64,000 nucleotides of DNA. Source: a virus (Duplodnaviria > Caudoviricetes). The stretch lies in the IMG/VR virus record IMGVR_UViG_3300025018_000091; one strand, 5' to 3'. Positions 8,509-15,860 of the stretch are shown piece after piece. The notes beneath the pieces are model-generated. The model ran no database searches. It saw only the letters and a list, made by a program, of their open reading frames with translations, and had not been told where the DNA came from. A program made the translations under genes and the position numbers. Numbering within the stretch: the stretch's first letter is position 1; each line of letters starts with the position of its first letter.

Positions 8509-8703
8509 TTAGCTGATATGCAGCGTGTGAATCATTCGGCGCAATTGAATTCGTTCCATTCGCGCACGTCGAGCTTCACCGATTCCCCTTTCCTCGCACA
8601 AGGCTAGGAATTGGAACCCTCGTTCAGCTTCAATGCGCTCCCGACGTGCAGATTCACTCATTGATGAGAATGCAGAACCCCTTTCAGAAGTTTTCGAATC
8701 CAT
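8509..8703 (-). CDS. hypothetical protein
   Basis: 64-aa ORF with GGAG upstream. Confidence 0.5.
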   Translation of the reverse strand: MDSKTSERGSAFSSMSESARRERIEAERGFQFLALCEERGIGEARRARMERIQLRRMIHTLHIS

Positions 8704-8716
8704 CTGAATGGCTCCT

Positions 8717-9055
8717 TCAGATCATGGTCTTGAGTCGGAAAGCGTCAGCCCACAAGGCTTGCGTATCAGGATATGCACGATACCGCGAGCGACCGATTCT
8801 TTCGATGATTCCCTCATCTACCAACTTCTTGAGAGCGCCTCGAATGTCGCCCACTGAATAGAGCGAACCCAAACGCTTGTTCAAGTGTTCGGTCAAGTCA
8901 GAATCTTCCACGCCTTCATCGAATCGGCAAACTCCCCGAACGACCAAGGCACAACGATGCGCCATTCCATGGACAATTGTCGTTCGATCCGGTTCTGCGT
9001 AGACTTTGGTATCGTGTGTGTTGTAGGTTGTTTTCCTGCGAAACCTCATGTGCAT
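8717..9055 (-). CDS. winged helix-turn-helix DNA-binding protein
   Basis: SVGDIRGALKKLVDEGIIERIGRSRYRA fits a wHTH recognition helix plus wing. Confidence 0.7.
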   Translation of the reverse strand: MHMRFRRKTTYNTHDTKVYAEPDRTTIVHGMAHRCALVVRGVCRFDEGVEDSDLTEHLNKRLGSLYSVGDIRGALKKLVDEGIIERIGRSRYRAYPDTQALWADAFRLKTMI

Positions 9056-9086
9056 TCTCCTTGTTTCGAGTCAAGCTCTTTGGATG

Positions 9087-9503
9087 TTACAGTCTTGGCG
9101 TATACAAGAGCACGTTACTGCCCTCGTAAAACTCCTTCGCCTCTTTCAAACTACTACCCGTCAATTCGCGAACCTTCTTGATTGCGTTGATTCGATTGTC
9201 TGGAAACTCCTCTTTCAGAATCTGACGAATCTGATGATAAGAGGAATATCGCCTTTCGGAATAATCCCTCCCCATTACGAATAGACGCATGATCTCATTC
9301 TCCACTTGAGGCGAAAGATCCGGGGGAGAAAACGAATTCTTTTGCACAGGAGGAATCTTCGCGGTTTTCTTGAAGATCTCCAATTCCTGTTCAAGCTTCT
9401 TCAGATCATCCGTGGCAATAATCAGAGCACAATTCAAGGATGTATTCTCACGAATGAGATCATCCAAGTAAGACAATGGTACAGAAACTTTCACATCTTT
9501 CAT
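9087..9503 (-). CDS. coiled-coil plus bL12 CTD-like protein (second copy)
   Basis: DNRINAIKKVRELTGSSLKEAKEFYE. Confidence 0.75.
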   Translation of the reverse strand: MKDVKVSVPLSYLDDLIRENTSLNCALIIATDDLKKLEQELEIFKKTAKIPPVQKNSFSPPDLSPQVENEIMRLFVMGRDYSERRYSSYHQIRQILKEEFPDNRINAIKKVRELTGSSLKEAKEFYEGSNVLLYTPRL

Positions 9504-9644
9504 TCAATCCTCCCATCCATGACTTTTGTACTTCAATCTCGTAGGTGGAACCCGTCCATAGATCCATTCGTAGACTATTGCTAGACATACCAATGGACCT
9601 ATGACGAATATTGTGAGGAGAAGGTCAATTCTCTTGATCGTCAT
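9504..9644 (-). CDS. small membrane protein
   Basis: MTIKRIDLLLTIFVIGPLVCLAIVYEWIY single hydrophobic segment. Confidence 0.45.
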   Translation of the reverse strand: MTIKRIDLLLTIFVIGPLVCLAIVYEWIYGRVPPTRLKYKSHGWED

Positions 9645-9819
9645 GCTCTCCCCAATCTTCCTCCATCCATTCGTTCTTGTTCCTGGGCGCCTTGTACTTC
9701 TTGGAATTGATCCTTGCCCCTCTGAGAGCTTCCCCCTTCGCTTGAAGGATTGCAAGCGTATTGCGTTCACGCTTGCGGGGGATCGTCAGGGTGAAGTGGA
9801 TTCCCTTTTTGCTTCCCAT
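9625..9819 (-). CDS. small basic protein
   Basis: MGSKKGIHFTLTIPRKRERN..., fills gap in operon. Confidence 0.45.
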   Translation of the reverse strand: MGSKKGIHFTLTIPRKRERNTLAILQAKGEALRGARINSKKYKAPRNKNEWMEEDWGEHDDQEN

Positions 9820-9958
9820 TGTCTTCCTCATAGTGGGTCAGATTCTTATTGATCTTATTCCCACAATCTGAACAGGTGTATCCGTAATCTGTTTTGACCA
9901 TACGCCTCATGCTATCACACACAAGGCAATATGGTCGCCAATCAGGTGAATGTGTCAC
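9767..9958 (-). CDS. zinc-ribbon protein
   Basis: CLVC...CSDCGNKI. Confidence 0.6.
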   Translation of the reverse strand: MTHSPDWRPYCLVCDSMRRMVKTDYGYTCSDCGNKINKNLTHYEEDNGKQKGNPLHPDDPPQA

Positions 9959-9963
9959 GGGGT

Positions 9964-10149
9964 TTAGTTCAAGGTTGTGTTCGGATTCGTAGCTAGTTGC
10001 TTCTGAAGATTCGACATCTTCTCAAGAACCAACTCGTAACACTTCTTGAGCAAGTATGCTGCATCCTCATCCGTGGGAGGAGGAGTAATCGCACCAGTCT
10101 TGACCAGAATGCCAGCAACGATAACAGCAGCAGCCATGAGAGGATCCAT
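9964..10149 (-). CDS. hypothetical protein
   Basis: AACAACGGAG RBS and hairpin repeat 41 nt upstream. Confidence 0.65.
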   Translation of the reverse strand: MDPLMAAAVIVAGILVKTGAITPPPTDEDAAYLLKKCYELVLEKMSNLQKQLATNPNTTLN

Positions 10150-10189
10150 CGTTTTCTCCGTTGTTTGTTTGCGTTACACACATTGGTTT

Positions 10190-10210
10190 GCCCCGCTCAC
10201 TCGATGGGGC
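10190..10210. repeat. GCCCC-N11-GGGGC hairpin repeat
   Basis: GCCCC GCTCACTCGAT GGGGC. Confidence 0.9.
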
Positions 10211-10282
10211 ATCGTTATACAGTCTCAGCGGAACTCGTATGATGGCACACGGAATGCAACGTGCAAACGGTGTACCACTCAG

Positions 10283-10357
10283 AGGAATGGTCAGGAATCG
10301 AACCTGCGTTGCCACTTACTCCCCCAATCCTATCACAGATCGAGGAATATCCATTCC
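10283..10357 (-). ncRNA. tRNA-like element lacking a recognisable D-arm
   Basis: GGAATGG/CCATTCC acceptor, GCAGG-TTCGATT-CCTGA T-arm, one long internal stem TTCCTC..GGGGGA. Confidence 0.4.
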
Positions 10358-10375
10358 CGCCCTAGGGCTTAAGCT

Positions 10376-10579
10376 TCACTTCACAGATACAACCACACCG
10401 TCCTTAACTGTGACTGTGGCATACCACTTGTGTGGTTCGGGATAATGTGGACCTTCCACATATTCCGTCCCATTGTCCTTGGGCGTCCCAATACCGGGAG
10501 AATACAACCGCACTTGTTCTCCATTCTTGACCGCTTCCTTGAGAGCCCTTTTGGACTTGAAGTTTTTGGTGGTATACAT
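10376..10579 (-). CDS. small conserved-looking hypothetical phage protein
   Basis: NFKSKRALKEAV...VEGPHYPEPHKWYATVTVKDG. Confidence 0.75.
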   Translation of the reverse strand: MYTTKNFKSKRALKEAVKNGEQVRLYSPGIGTPKDNGTEYVEGPHYPEPHKWYATVTVKDGVVVSVK

Positions 10580-10583
10580 ATGG

Positions 10584-10790
10584 TCATTCTTCTCCGCAGC
10601 CGTAGTTGTAGCTTACTCCGTTGGGGCGAGAGATCAATCCCTCTTGCTCCAATGCCTTTTCGAGACGTGCCTTCTTGGAATTGAGAGCGCGCAATTGTCG
10701 CTTGGCATTGCGGATTGCATTCAACTCCCGTCGAATGGCACGAATCTCTTTTTTGGTATCGCTAATCTGTCCGTAAACTTCGCTCCACAT
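10584..10790 (-). CDS. coiled-coil hypothetical protein
   Basis: GGAGG RBS before MWSEV; heptad-like KKEIRAIRRELNAIR. Confidence 0.6.
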   Translation of the reverse strand: MWSEVYGQISDTKKEIRAIRRELNAIRNAKRQLRALNSKKARLEKALEQEGLISRPNGVSYNYGCGEE

Positions 10791-10840
10791 GTTCCGTTCC
10801 TCCATGTTTTGGGTGCATTCAAGGTTGCACCTAACCCGGC

Positions 10841-10905
10841 AGCCATGTGCAGGAGTCGAACCTACCTTACGCAACTTCCGTATAGCCGATCCTTGCTATA
10901 TGGAG
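10841..10905 (-). ncRNA. degenerate minimal tRNA-like element
   Basis: GTAGG-TTCGACT-CCTGC T-arm, TAGC-AAGGATCG-GCTA and TACG-GAAGTTG-CGTA hairpins, weak acceptor. Confidence 0.3.
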
Positions 10906-10996
10906 TTAACGTACGCTTGTCACCATCGACACAAGGCATAATAGGGCAGTTTTAGAACTTACCCCAGGTTCCATCCCACTCACCACCCAGAAAGTC

Positions 10997-11356
10997 TTAC
11001 TTCTTCTCGGGCACGTCCCGCAGACGCACCACACCGCCACCCTTTCCCTTCGAAACCTTGAATTCGTTGTTGGTTCGAATCCACAGACCCACCGCCTTCT
11101 GGGTCTCGACGAATTCGGAGGGACCGATTCCCATCAGACCACACGCTGCGGAACAGATGTGGGGCATGGGAAGGGTTGCGCCAAGGTGCGCATCGAACAC
11201 GGCGTGAACCGCTTCCGAGATTGCACCCAAGGATTCGGCTTCCTTCTGAGCCAATTCCAGCAATTGGTCCTCGACCTCGAAAAGCGTCGCTTGGACATTG
11301 ATGGAGCCATCGTCGTTGCGGACACAAGTGCTGCTGAGATTGCTGATCTTTTCCAT
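10997..11356 (-). CDS. paralog of 7295-7678
   Basis: CVRNDDGSI...EAVHAVFD...FKVSKGKGGGVVRL. Confidence 0.7.
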   Translation of the reverse strand: MEKISNLSSTCVRNDDGSINVQATLFEVEDQLLELAQKEAESLGAISEAVHAVFDAHLGATLPMPHICSAACGLMGIGPSEFVETQKAVGLWIRTNNEFKVSKGKGGGVVRLRDVPEKK

Positions 11357-11443
11357 GGCTTTTCTCCTTACACGTACAGTGGGGCAGTTTATTGACATTG
11401 TACCCCAGGTCGTTATTGTTTCGCTCGTTACATTGACTGGCTT

Positions 11444-11464
11444 GCCCCGGTCACCTGATGGGGC
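11444..11464. repeat. GCCCC-N11-GGGGC hairpin repeat
   Basis: GCCCC GGTCACCTGAT GGGGC. Confidence 0.9.
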
Positions 11465-11470
11465 AAGCTC

Positions 11471-12070
11471 TCATCCGTGAGAGAACGTTGACTTGCTTTG
11501 CTTCGCCTTGACACCGAATCCCAACTTCGATTGTCCAGGCTTGTTGGTCTTGTGAATCGCCATACGAGCAGGCTTCAGAATACGAGCAAGGGAATCGTCG
11601 CGATTCACGAATTCGTAATGAACCCCACGGTGAAACACTTCCCCGAAACAATCCGAGGATTGCTCGAACAAGCGCCGATCACACCACTCGCTCGCACGTT
11701 GGGGAAGGTCGAAGTTTTGCTTGACTTCCTTGCCCTTTTCGTCCAGAAGGATGTTTCCAGACCCGTCGCGAATGACGGCGGAAAAAGGCTTCTTGGACTG
11801 TGAAGGCTTCGATGCATTCTCGATTGACTCTTTCGCCTTCAAGAGATCCACGAGCATGATATGCCCCATGACCGCTTGTTTCAATTCAGTCAATGCGGGA
11901 GTCGGCATGACTTCCCCGGCGTCCACCTTTTGAAGGATTGGAGCCGTGACGTAGGAGACTTCACTGGTCAGAAGATACTCCCGATAAGCTTCGAAGAAAG
12001 CGATGGCGGAAACCTTCGCGCTATTCGCCTTCTGCAACAGACCTTTCGGTCCCATCTTGCGCTCAGCCAT
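11471..12070 (-). CDS. hypothetical protein
   Basis: 199-aa ORF, AACAACGGAG RBS, flanked on both sides by hairpin repeats. Confidence 0.8.
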   Translation of the reverse strand: MAERKMGPKGLLQKANSAKVSAIAFFEAYREYLLTSEVSYVTAPILQKVDAGEVMPTPALTELKQAVMGHIMLVDLLKAKESIENASKPSQSKKPFSAVIRDGSGNILLDEKGKEVKQNFDLPQRASEWCDRRLFEQSSDCFGEVFHRGVHYEFVNRDDSLARILKPARMAIHKTNKPGQSKLGFGVKAKQSKSTFSHG

Positions 12071-12109
12071 TGTTCTACTCCGTTGTTCGTTCGTTGTACC
12101 GCTTGGGTT

Positions 12110-12130
12110 GCCCCGGTCACCTGATGGGGC
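12110..12130. repeat. GCCCC-N11-GGGGC hairpin repeat
   Basis: GCCCC GGTCACCTGAT GGGGC, 40 nt upstream of ATG 12070. Confidence 0.9.
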
Positions 12131-12135
12131 AGGTC

Positions 12136-12318
12136 CTACTTGCTGCCGAACAGCATTCCGGTGATCATCACCATGGCGCTAGCGCCAACCGATCCCCAGA
12201 ATGAGATTCCGTTATGCAAGTATTGTGCCACTTGAGGAAACTGTGGCACAAGAAAGAAGTTTACCGCACAGAAGATGCAAGCCGCCAACATAACCCACAT
12301 GACAAGTAGCTTCCACAT
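12136..12318 (-). CDS. small two-TM membrane protein
   Basis: MWKLLVMWVMLAACIFCAVNFFLV...FWGSVGASAMVMITGMLF; AACAACGGAG RBS. Confidence 0.7.
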   Translation of the reverse strand: MWKLLVMWVMLAACIFCAVNFFLVPQFPQVAQYLHNGISFWGSVGASAMVMITGMLFGSK

Positions 12319-12357
12319 TGTGTTGTCTCCGTTGTTGTTCGCTACACCCATTGTCTT

Positions 12358-12494
12358 GCCCCGGTCACCTGATGGGGCAGCCCGTTCCGTTGACGGTGGA
12401 ATCGCTGTCGTTCCGTTCGCAGCAGAATCGCTGTTGTTCGCTGCGTGCTGTCCGTCGTAACGTTGCCTACCTTGCCCCGGTCACCTGATGGGGC
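12358..12494. repeat. two hairpin repeats (12358, 12474)
   Basis: Both GCCCC GGTCACCTGAT GGGGC. Confidence 0.9.
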
Positions 12495-12524
12495 TCGTGA
12501 CGAACGCGCGTCGCGCGTAGGGGA

Positions 12525-12794
12525 TTGGCACGCTTGCATATTGCGAGAATCATGCCAAACCCGTTTGACTATATGTTGCCTTATATATAATGTATGGTCA
12601 TTGAAAGTTGGCACGCTTGCAGATTGCAACGGGCATGCCAAGTCATATATTCCATATTTTATGGTTTTCCTTGGTTTTAGAGGTATGGCAAGTTCGGGCG
12701 GTATAAACTTTATTCCATGTTTTATGCAAACTTGGAATCGTCAAGGGAAGCGGTCATGTTGGCATGTTCGTCGCACCTTGCAAACCGCATGCCA
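12525..12794. promoter_or_regulatory. cluster of sigma54-type motifs (duplicate of the 8174-8324 module)
   Basis: 12525-12557 identical to 8174-8206; - TGGCAT-GCCCG-TTGCA (from 12640); opposed pair 12760-12794. Confidence 0.65.
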
Positions 12795-13136
12795 TATCCG
12801 GTAAAAAGACACGCGAAAACCCGGCACTCCTCCCCGAAGGGATAGAGCGCCAGGCTTCGCAACTTCAGTTCACATCGTTCACATCGTTCACTTACTTTTT
12901 TTATCGACTTATACATTTAATTCTACGCGGGCTCAACCCGTTCGCACAGTTTTCGCCACATTGACTCATAATCTGCTCTTTTCTCAGGGTTAGAGAACCT
13001 GCGGTATGGTCGTGTGATGCGCCAACGCACGAGCTTAGCGACTTGCCGATGGCTCATACCATCGGTGCGATGAGAGAATTGGCAAGCCTCAGAAGGTTCT
13101 TAGGCGTTGCCCCCTTCAGCTTGCCAACAGTCAGAT

Positions 13137-13490
13137 TCACAGGAACCAACCTTCCAACTTGCGCTCCAACGCAAGATTGTTCAATGCCTCGGTTGTGCGG
13201 AGAAGAGACTTCTTCTCCGCTGTGTACTCTTCTCCCACCGTGAAGTTGAGACCCTTCATCAGTGCAATATCGACTTCGCGCTGAGTTACCTCTTCGTGGA
13301 CCTGGCGCTCCTCGATCTTGCGCAACAGATCCTTGGCTTCAGTCGCACGTAGCTTTGCACCCAAGAGAACGTCTTGGGCTTTCTCGAATGCCTTGCGGGC
13401 GTTATCCGCAGACACACGAGCCAACTTCTCATCTTCGACGGCTTCGACACAAGCCGCCTTCAACCCTTCAAGTGTCGCCTTGAGTTGCAT
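13137..13490 (-). CDS. coiled-coil hypothetical protein
   Basis: GGAG RBS; helical A/E/K-rich sequence. Confidence 0.7.
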   Translation of the reverse strand: MQLKATLEGLKAACVEAVEDEKLARVSADNARKAFEKAQDVLLGAKLRATEAKDLLRKIEERQVHEEVTQREVDIALMKGLNFTVGEEYTAEKKSLLRTTEALNNLALERKLEGWFL

Positions 13491-13776
13491 ATCGTTTCTC
13501 CGTTTCATGCACACTGGTTTGCCCGGTCTTGAGAACCAAGGCAGAGAGAAACTCCCTGCCCGTAATCAAGCCTTCGAGGTATTGATCAACCTCAAAGTGT
13601 CCCGCATAATGCAGGACAGCCCGTTCGACATGAGGCTTGAGAATCTCAGCCTCAGTCTTATAATAGAGGGAGTGCGGGTCGCACTTATCCCAGGAAGGAG
13701 TTTCCCTAATCAGAGTCAAAGCGGCTTCCGACGCCTTGATCCGAGCCTCCTCCAGAATACCAGCCAATGAACCCAT
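13468..13776 (-). CDS. hypothetical protein
   Basis: AACAACGGAGG RBS before MGSLAG; hairpin repeat 31 nt upstream. Confidence 0.6.
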   Translation of the reverse strand: MGSLAGILEEARIKASEAALTLIRETPSWDKCDPHSLYYKTEAEILKPHVERAVLHYAGHFEVDQYLEGLITGREFLSALVLKTGQTSVHETEKRYATQGDT

Positions 13777-13806
13777 TGTCTTTCCTCCGTTGTTGACCAC
13801 TATCTT

Positions 13807-14073
13807 GCCCCAGTTACTCGATGGGGCGATTTTACAGTCAGAACAGAAACCCAACAATTGCGTGGGCAGTCAGCCAGCAAAAGGCTAGCGTGACTCCCAC
13901 GCCTAAAACAACACCCAAAGGCGATTCAGACTCAGACATCATTGCACCTTTCACATACCGGCTTGCCCCAGTTACTCGATGGGGCAAACTCATTCCGTCC
14001 GCAGCGTAACCATCATCGTCTCCGCTGCGTCGCATCGAACACAACCTACCTTGCCCCGCTTACTTGATGGGGC
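13807..14073. repeat. three hairpin repeats (13807, 13965, 14053)
   Basis: Loops AGTTACTCGAT (twice) and GCTTACTTGAT. Confidence 0.9.
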
Positions 14074-14183
14074 GCGACACGCTTTTATGGGCGGTCTGTT
14101 GTTGGCTTAACTCTTGCTCCTTGCAATTAGCATGCCATGATGGGTGCGGGCGATTTGGGGCATCGCCGCGCGCCCATCTTGGC

Positions 14184-14305
14184 ACGGCACGTTTGCACAT
14201 TGCGACGACCATGCCACATGCACAGGACAGCACAATTATTGTGTGAGCGTATTATTGTGTGAGTGGAATGACTTGGCACGCTTGCTTATTGCAAGACACG
14301 CGCCA
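14184..14305 (-). promoter_or_regulatory. two sigma54-type motifs
   Basis: - TGGCAT-GGTCG-TCGCA (from 14216) and TGGCGC-GTGTC-TTGCA (from 14305), each within a 33-bp quasi-palindrome. Confidence 0.6.
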
Positions 14306-14321
14306 ACAGGACGACAGACGC

Positions 14322-14352
14322 AAAAAAAATCCGCTTCCCGGTGGGAAGCGGA
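14322..14352 (-). terminator. intrinsic terminator
   Basis: TCCGCTTCCC/GGGAAGCGGA stem then a T run, 30 nt after the stop of 14382-15296. Confidence 0.85.
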
Positions 14353-14381
14353 CGAAGGGGCGGAACCCGCCCCTGCTGTTG

Positions 14382-15296
14382 TTATTCCAGGTATTCCAGG
14401 ATTTCCGTCGTGTCGTCGGCGGCAGATTCCGCCAAGAGGCGAGCAAGCTCAGCCTCCCGATCCGCCTCAGACACATTCGCCAACGGAGCGGATTCAACCG
14501 GGGCGGAATTCTTCTCGGCTTCGTTCGCCAGCGCCTTGCGGCACCGCGCACGCCGCTCGTCCATCGTGGACGGATCCAGTGTGAGCGGGCGAAACGTTTC
14601 GCCCGGCTCGTTGACTGGCACACCGCTTGCATTGACTTCCGCGCCACCGAACGTTCCGTTATGGAACGCAATGACCGTTTCCGTCGTAAGCTCGCTGTTT
14701 CCAGCGTCACGGTAACGACGCGCAAGCGCGCCGACATCGCAGGATTCCACCTCGGACAGAATCTGCTCTGCGAGGTACAGCTTGACCGACGCCATCGCCC
14801 GCTCCGTGATCGCCATCTCTGCCAGCAATTCCTTTTCTTCCATGTTTCCCGCCAAGTGAGACTTGCGTTCCAGTGTCGCTGCAAGTTTTCCGTGCTCGTC
14901 GGATTCCTCCACCATGGCACTGGCTCGTGCAATTCCCGAGCCAATCATCTTGCGAATCTCATGATCCGCACCAGCCGCACCTGGCACGAATCCTGCAACG
15001 CCAGCGTAGCGCTCACCGCGCCACACCACGAATCCGCTGGCATCGGATCCGGTGTTGCCCTTGATAGGGGCGGTTCCGCTGGGGGCGGAAACGGTCGCCG
15101 TGGGCGTTGCAGTGGGGGCGGACTTCGCGGACTTCGCGGCTTTCGCAGATTCCTTGGCTGCCCGCTTGGCAGCCTTTTCCGCCGCTTTCGCGGCTTTCGC
15201 GGCTTCCGCGGCTTCCAGGTTCTCATCGTGTTGCGCCATATGCTTGGCTTGCGCAGCGAGCATTGCGTTCAGGGCGGAAAGGGCGACGTTCGACAT
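14382..15296 (-). CDS. hypothetical protein with Ala/Lys-rich histone-H1-like N-terminal segment
   Basis: AAEAAKAAKAAEKAAKRAAKESAKAAKSAKSAP; hairpin repeat upstream and terminator downstream. Confidence 0.75.
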   Translation of the reverse strand: MSNVALSALNAMLAAQAKHMAQHDENLEAAEAAKAAKAAEKAAKRAAKESAKAAKSAKSAPTATPTATVSAPSGTAPIKGNTGSDASGFVVWRGERYAGVAGFVPGAAGADHEIRKMIGSGIARASAMVEESDEHGKLAATLERKSHLAGNMEEKELLAEMAITERAMASVKLYLAEQILSEVESCDVGALARRYRDAGNSELTTETVIAFHNGTFGGAEVNASGVPVNEPGETFRPLTLDPSTMDERRARCRKALANEAEKNSAPVESAPLANVSEADREAELARLLAESAADDTTEILEYLE

Positions 15297-15346
15297 GTTT
15301 TTTTCTTTCGGCTGGGAGAAAAAATTTTTGGTGTACTAGCTGGCTT

Positions 15347-15367
15347 ACCCCCCTTACTTGATGGGGC
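15347..15367. repeat. hairpin repeat, copy 15 (variant)
   Basis: ACCCC CCTTACTTGAT GGGGC, 51 nt upstream of ATG 15296. Confidence 0.8.
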
Positions 15368-15502
15368 AGGGCTGTTCCGTTCGGGACAAAATCCGCTGGG
15401 GACGGATCGCCCAGCTGGGACGGGGGTTGTGGTACGTGCTGTGTAATAGTGCGAGAAGTATGCCAAGGTGGTAGAAGGTGGCAGGATGTAGGACAAACCG
15501 GC

Positions 15503-15860
15503 TTGGCATGCTTGCTATTAGCGAGAATCATGCCACAATAATCCTACTATTCTAGGTTTTACCTGGCATGAAGTATCATTCTACTACTCCAGACTTTACT
15601 GATTAGGATGATACTCCAGACTTTTCCTGCAATGTAGTATCGTGCAATGATTCCGTTTTTTCTTTCTTTGTCGCGGAAAGAATAAAAAGAATAAAAAGAA
15701 GATAATTGGTAATAAGAAAAGAAAAAGAAAAGTTTGGAAGATGTAGTTGGCATAGCTCGTTTTGCTATATTGCAATTGGCATACCAACTACAGTATCCTA
15801 CCTTGGGGCTGATGTAGGATAAAAAGGTGGAGCGGGTGTCGCGTTGGCACGCTTTTTGCC
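15503..15860. promoter_or_regulatory. sigma54-type motifs at the block boundary
   Basis: - TGGCAT-GATTC-TCGCT (from 15535); - TGGTAT-GCCAA-TTGCA (about 15786); + TGGCAC-GCTTT-TTGCC (15845). Confidence 0.55.

Noticed and set aside
11068-11085. Plus-strand TTGG-TTCGAAT-CCAC T-arm-like sequence
   Set aside because: It lies antisense inside gene 10997-11356, with no acceptor stem found.
13137-13490. ORF ending RKLEGWFL as a member of the FS-tail family
   Set aside because: The spacing of basic and hydrophobic residues does not fit K-[LIV]-K-x4-F-x, there is no CxxC, and it is in a different genomic block.
2159-13770. Many plus-strand ORFs in the early block (e.g. 2159-2623, 10473-10955, 13318-13770)
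   Set aside because: They are antisense to RBS-supported minus-strand genes and have no recognisable motifs.
232-15367. Integron attC cassette array
   Set aside because: No RYYYAAC/GTTRRRY core sites, the stems are far too short, and no tyrosine recombinase is in the window; a cassette-like role remains only a hypothesis.
14144-15446. Long plus-strand ORFs (14259-15446, 14144-14584) and minus-strand 14252-14944
   Set aside because: They are shadow frames of the GC-rich gene 14382-15296, which has a hairpin cassette upstream and a terminator downstream; the translations are Arg-rich and not protein-like.
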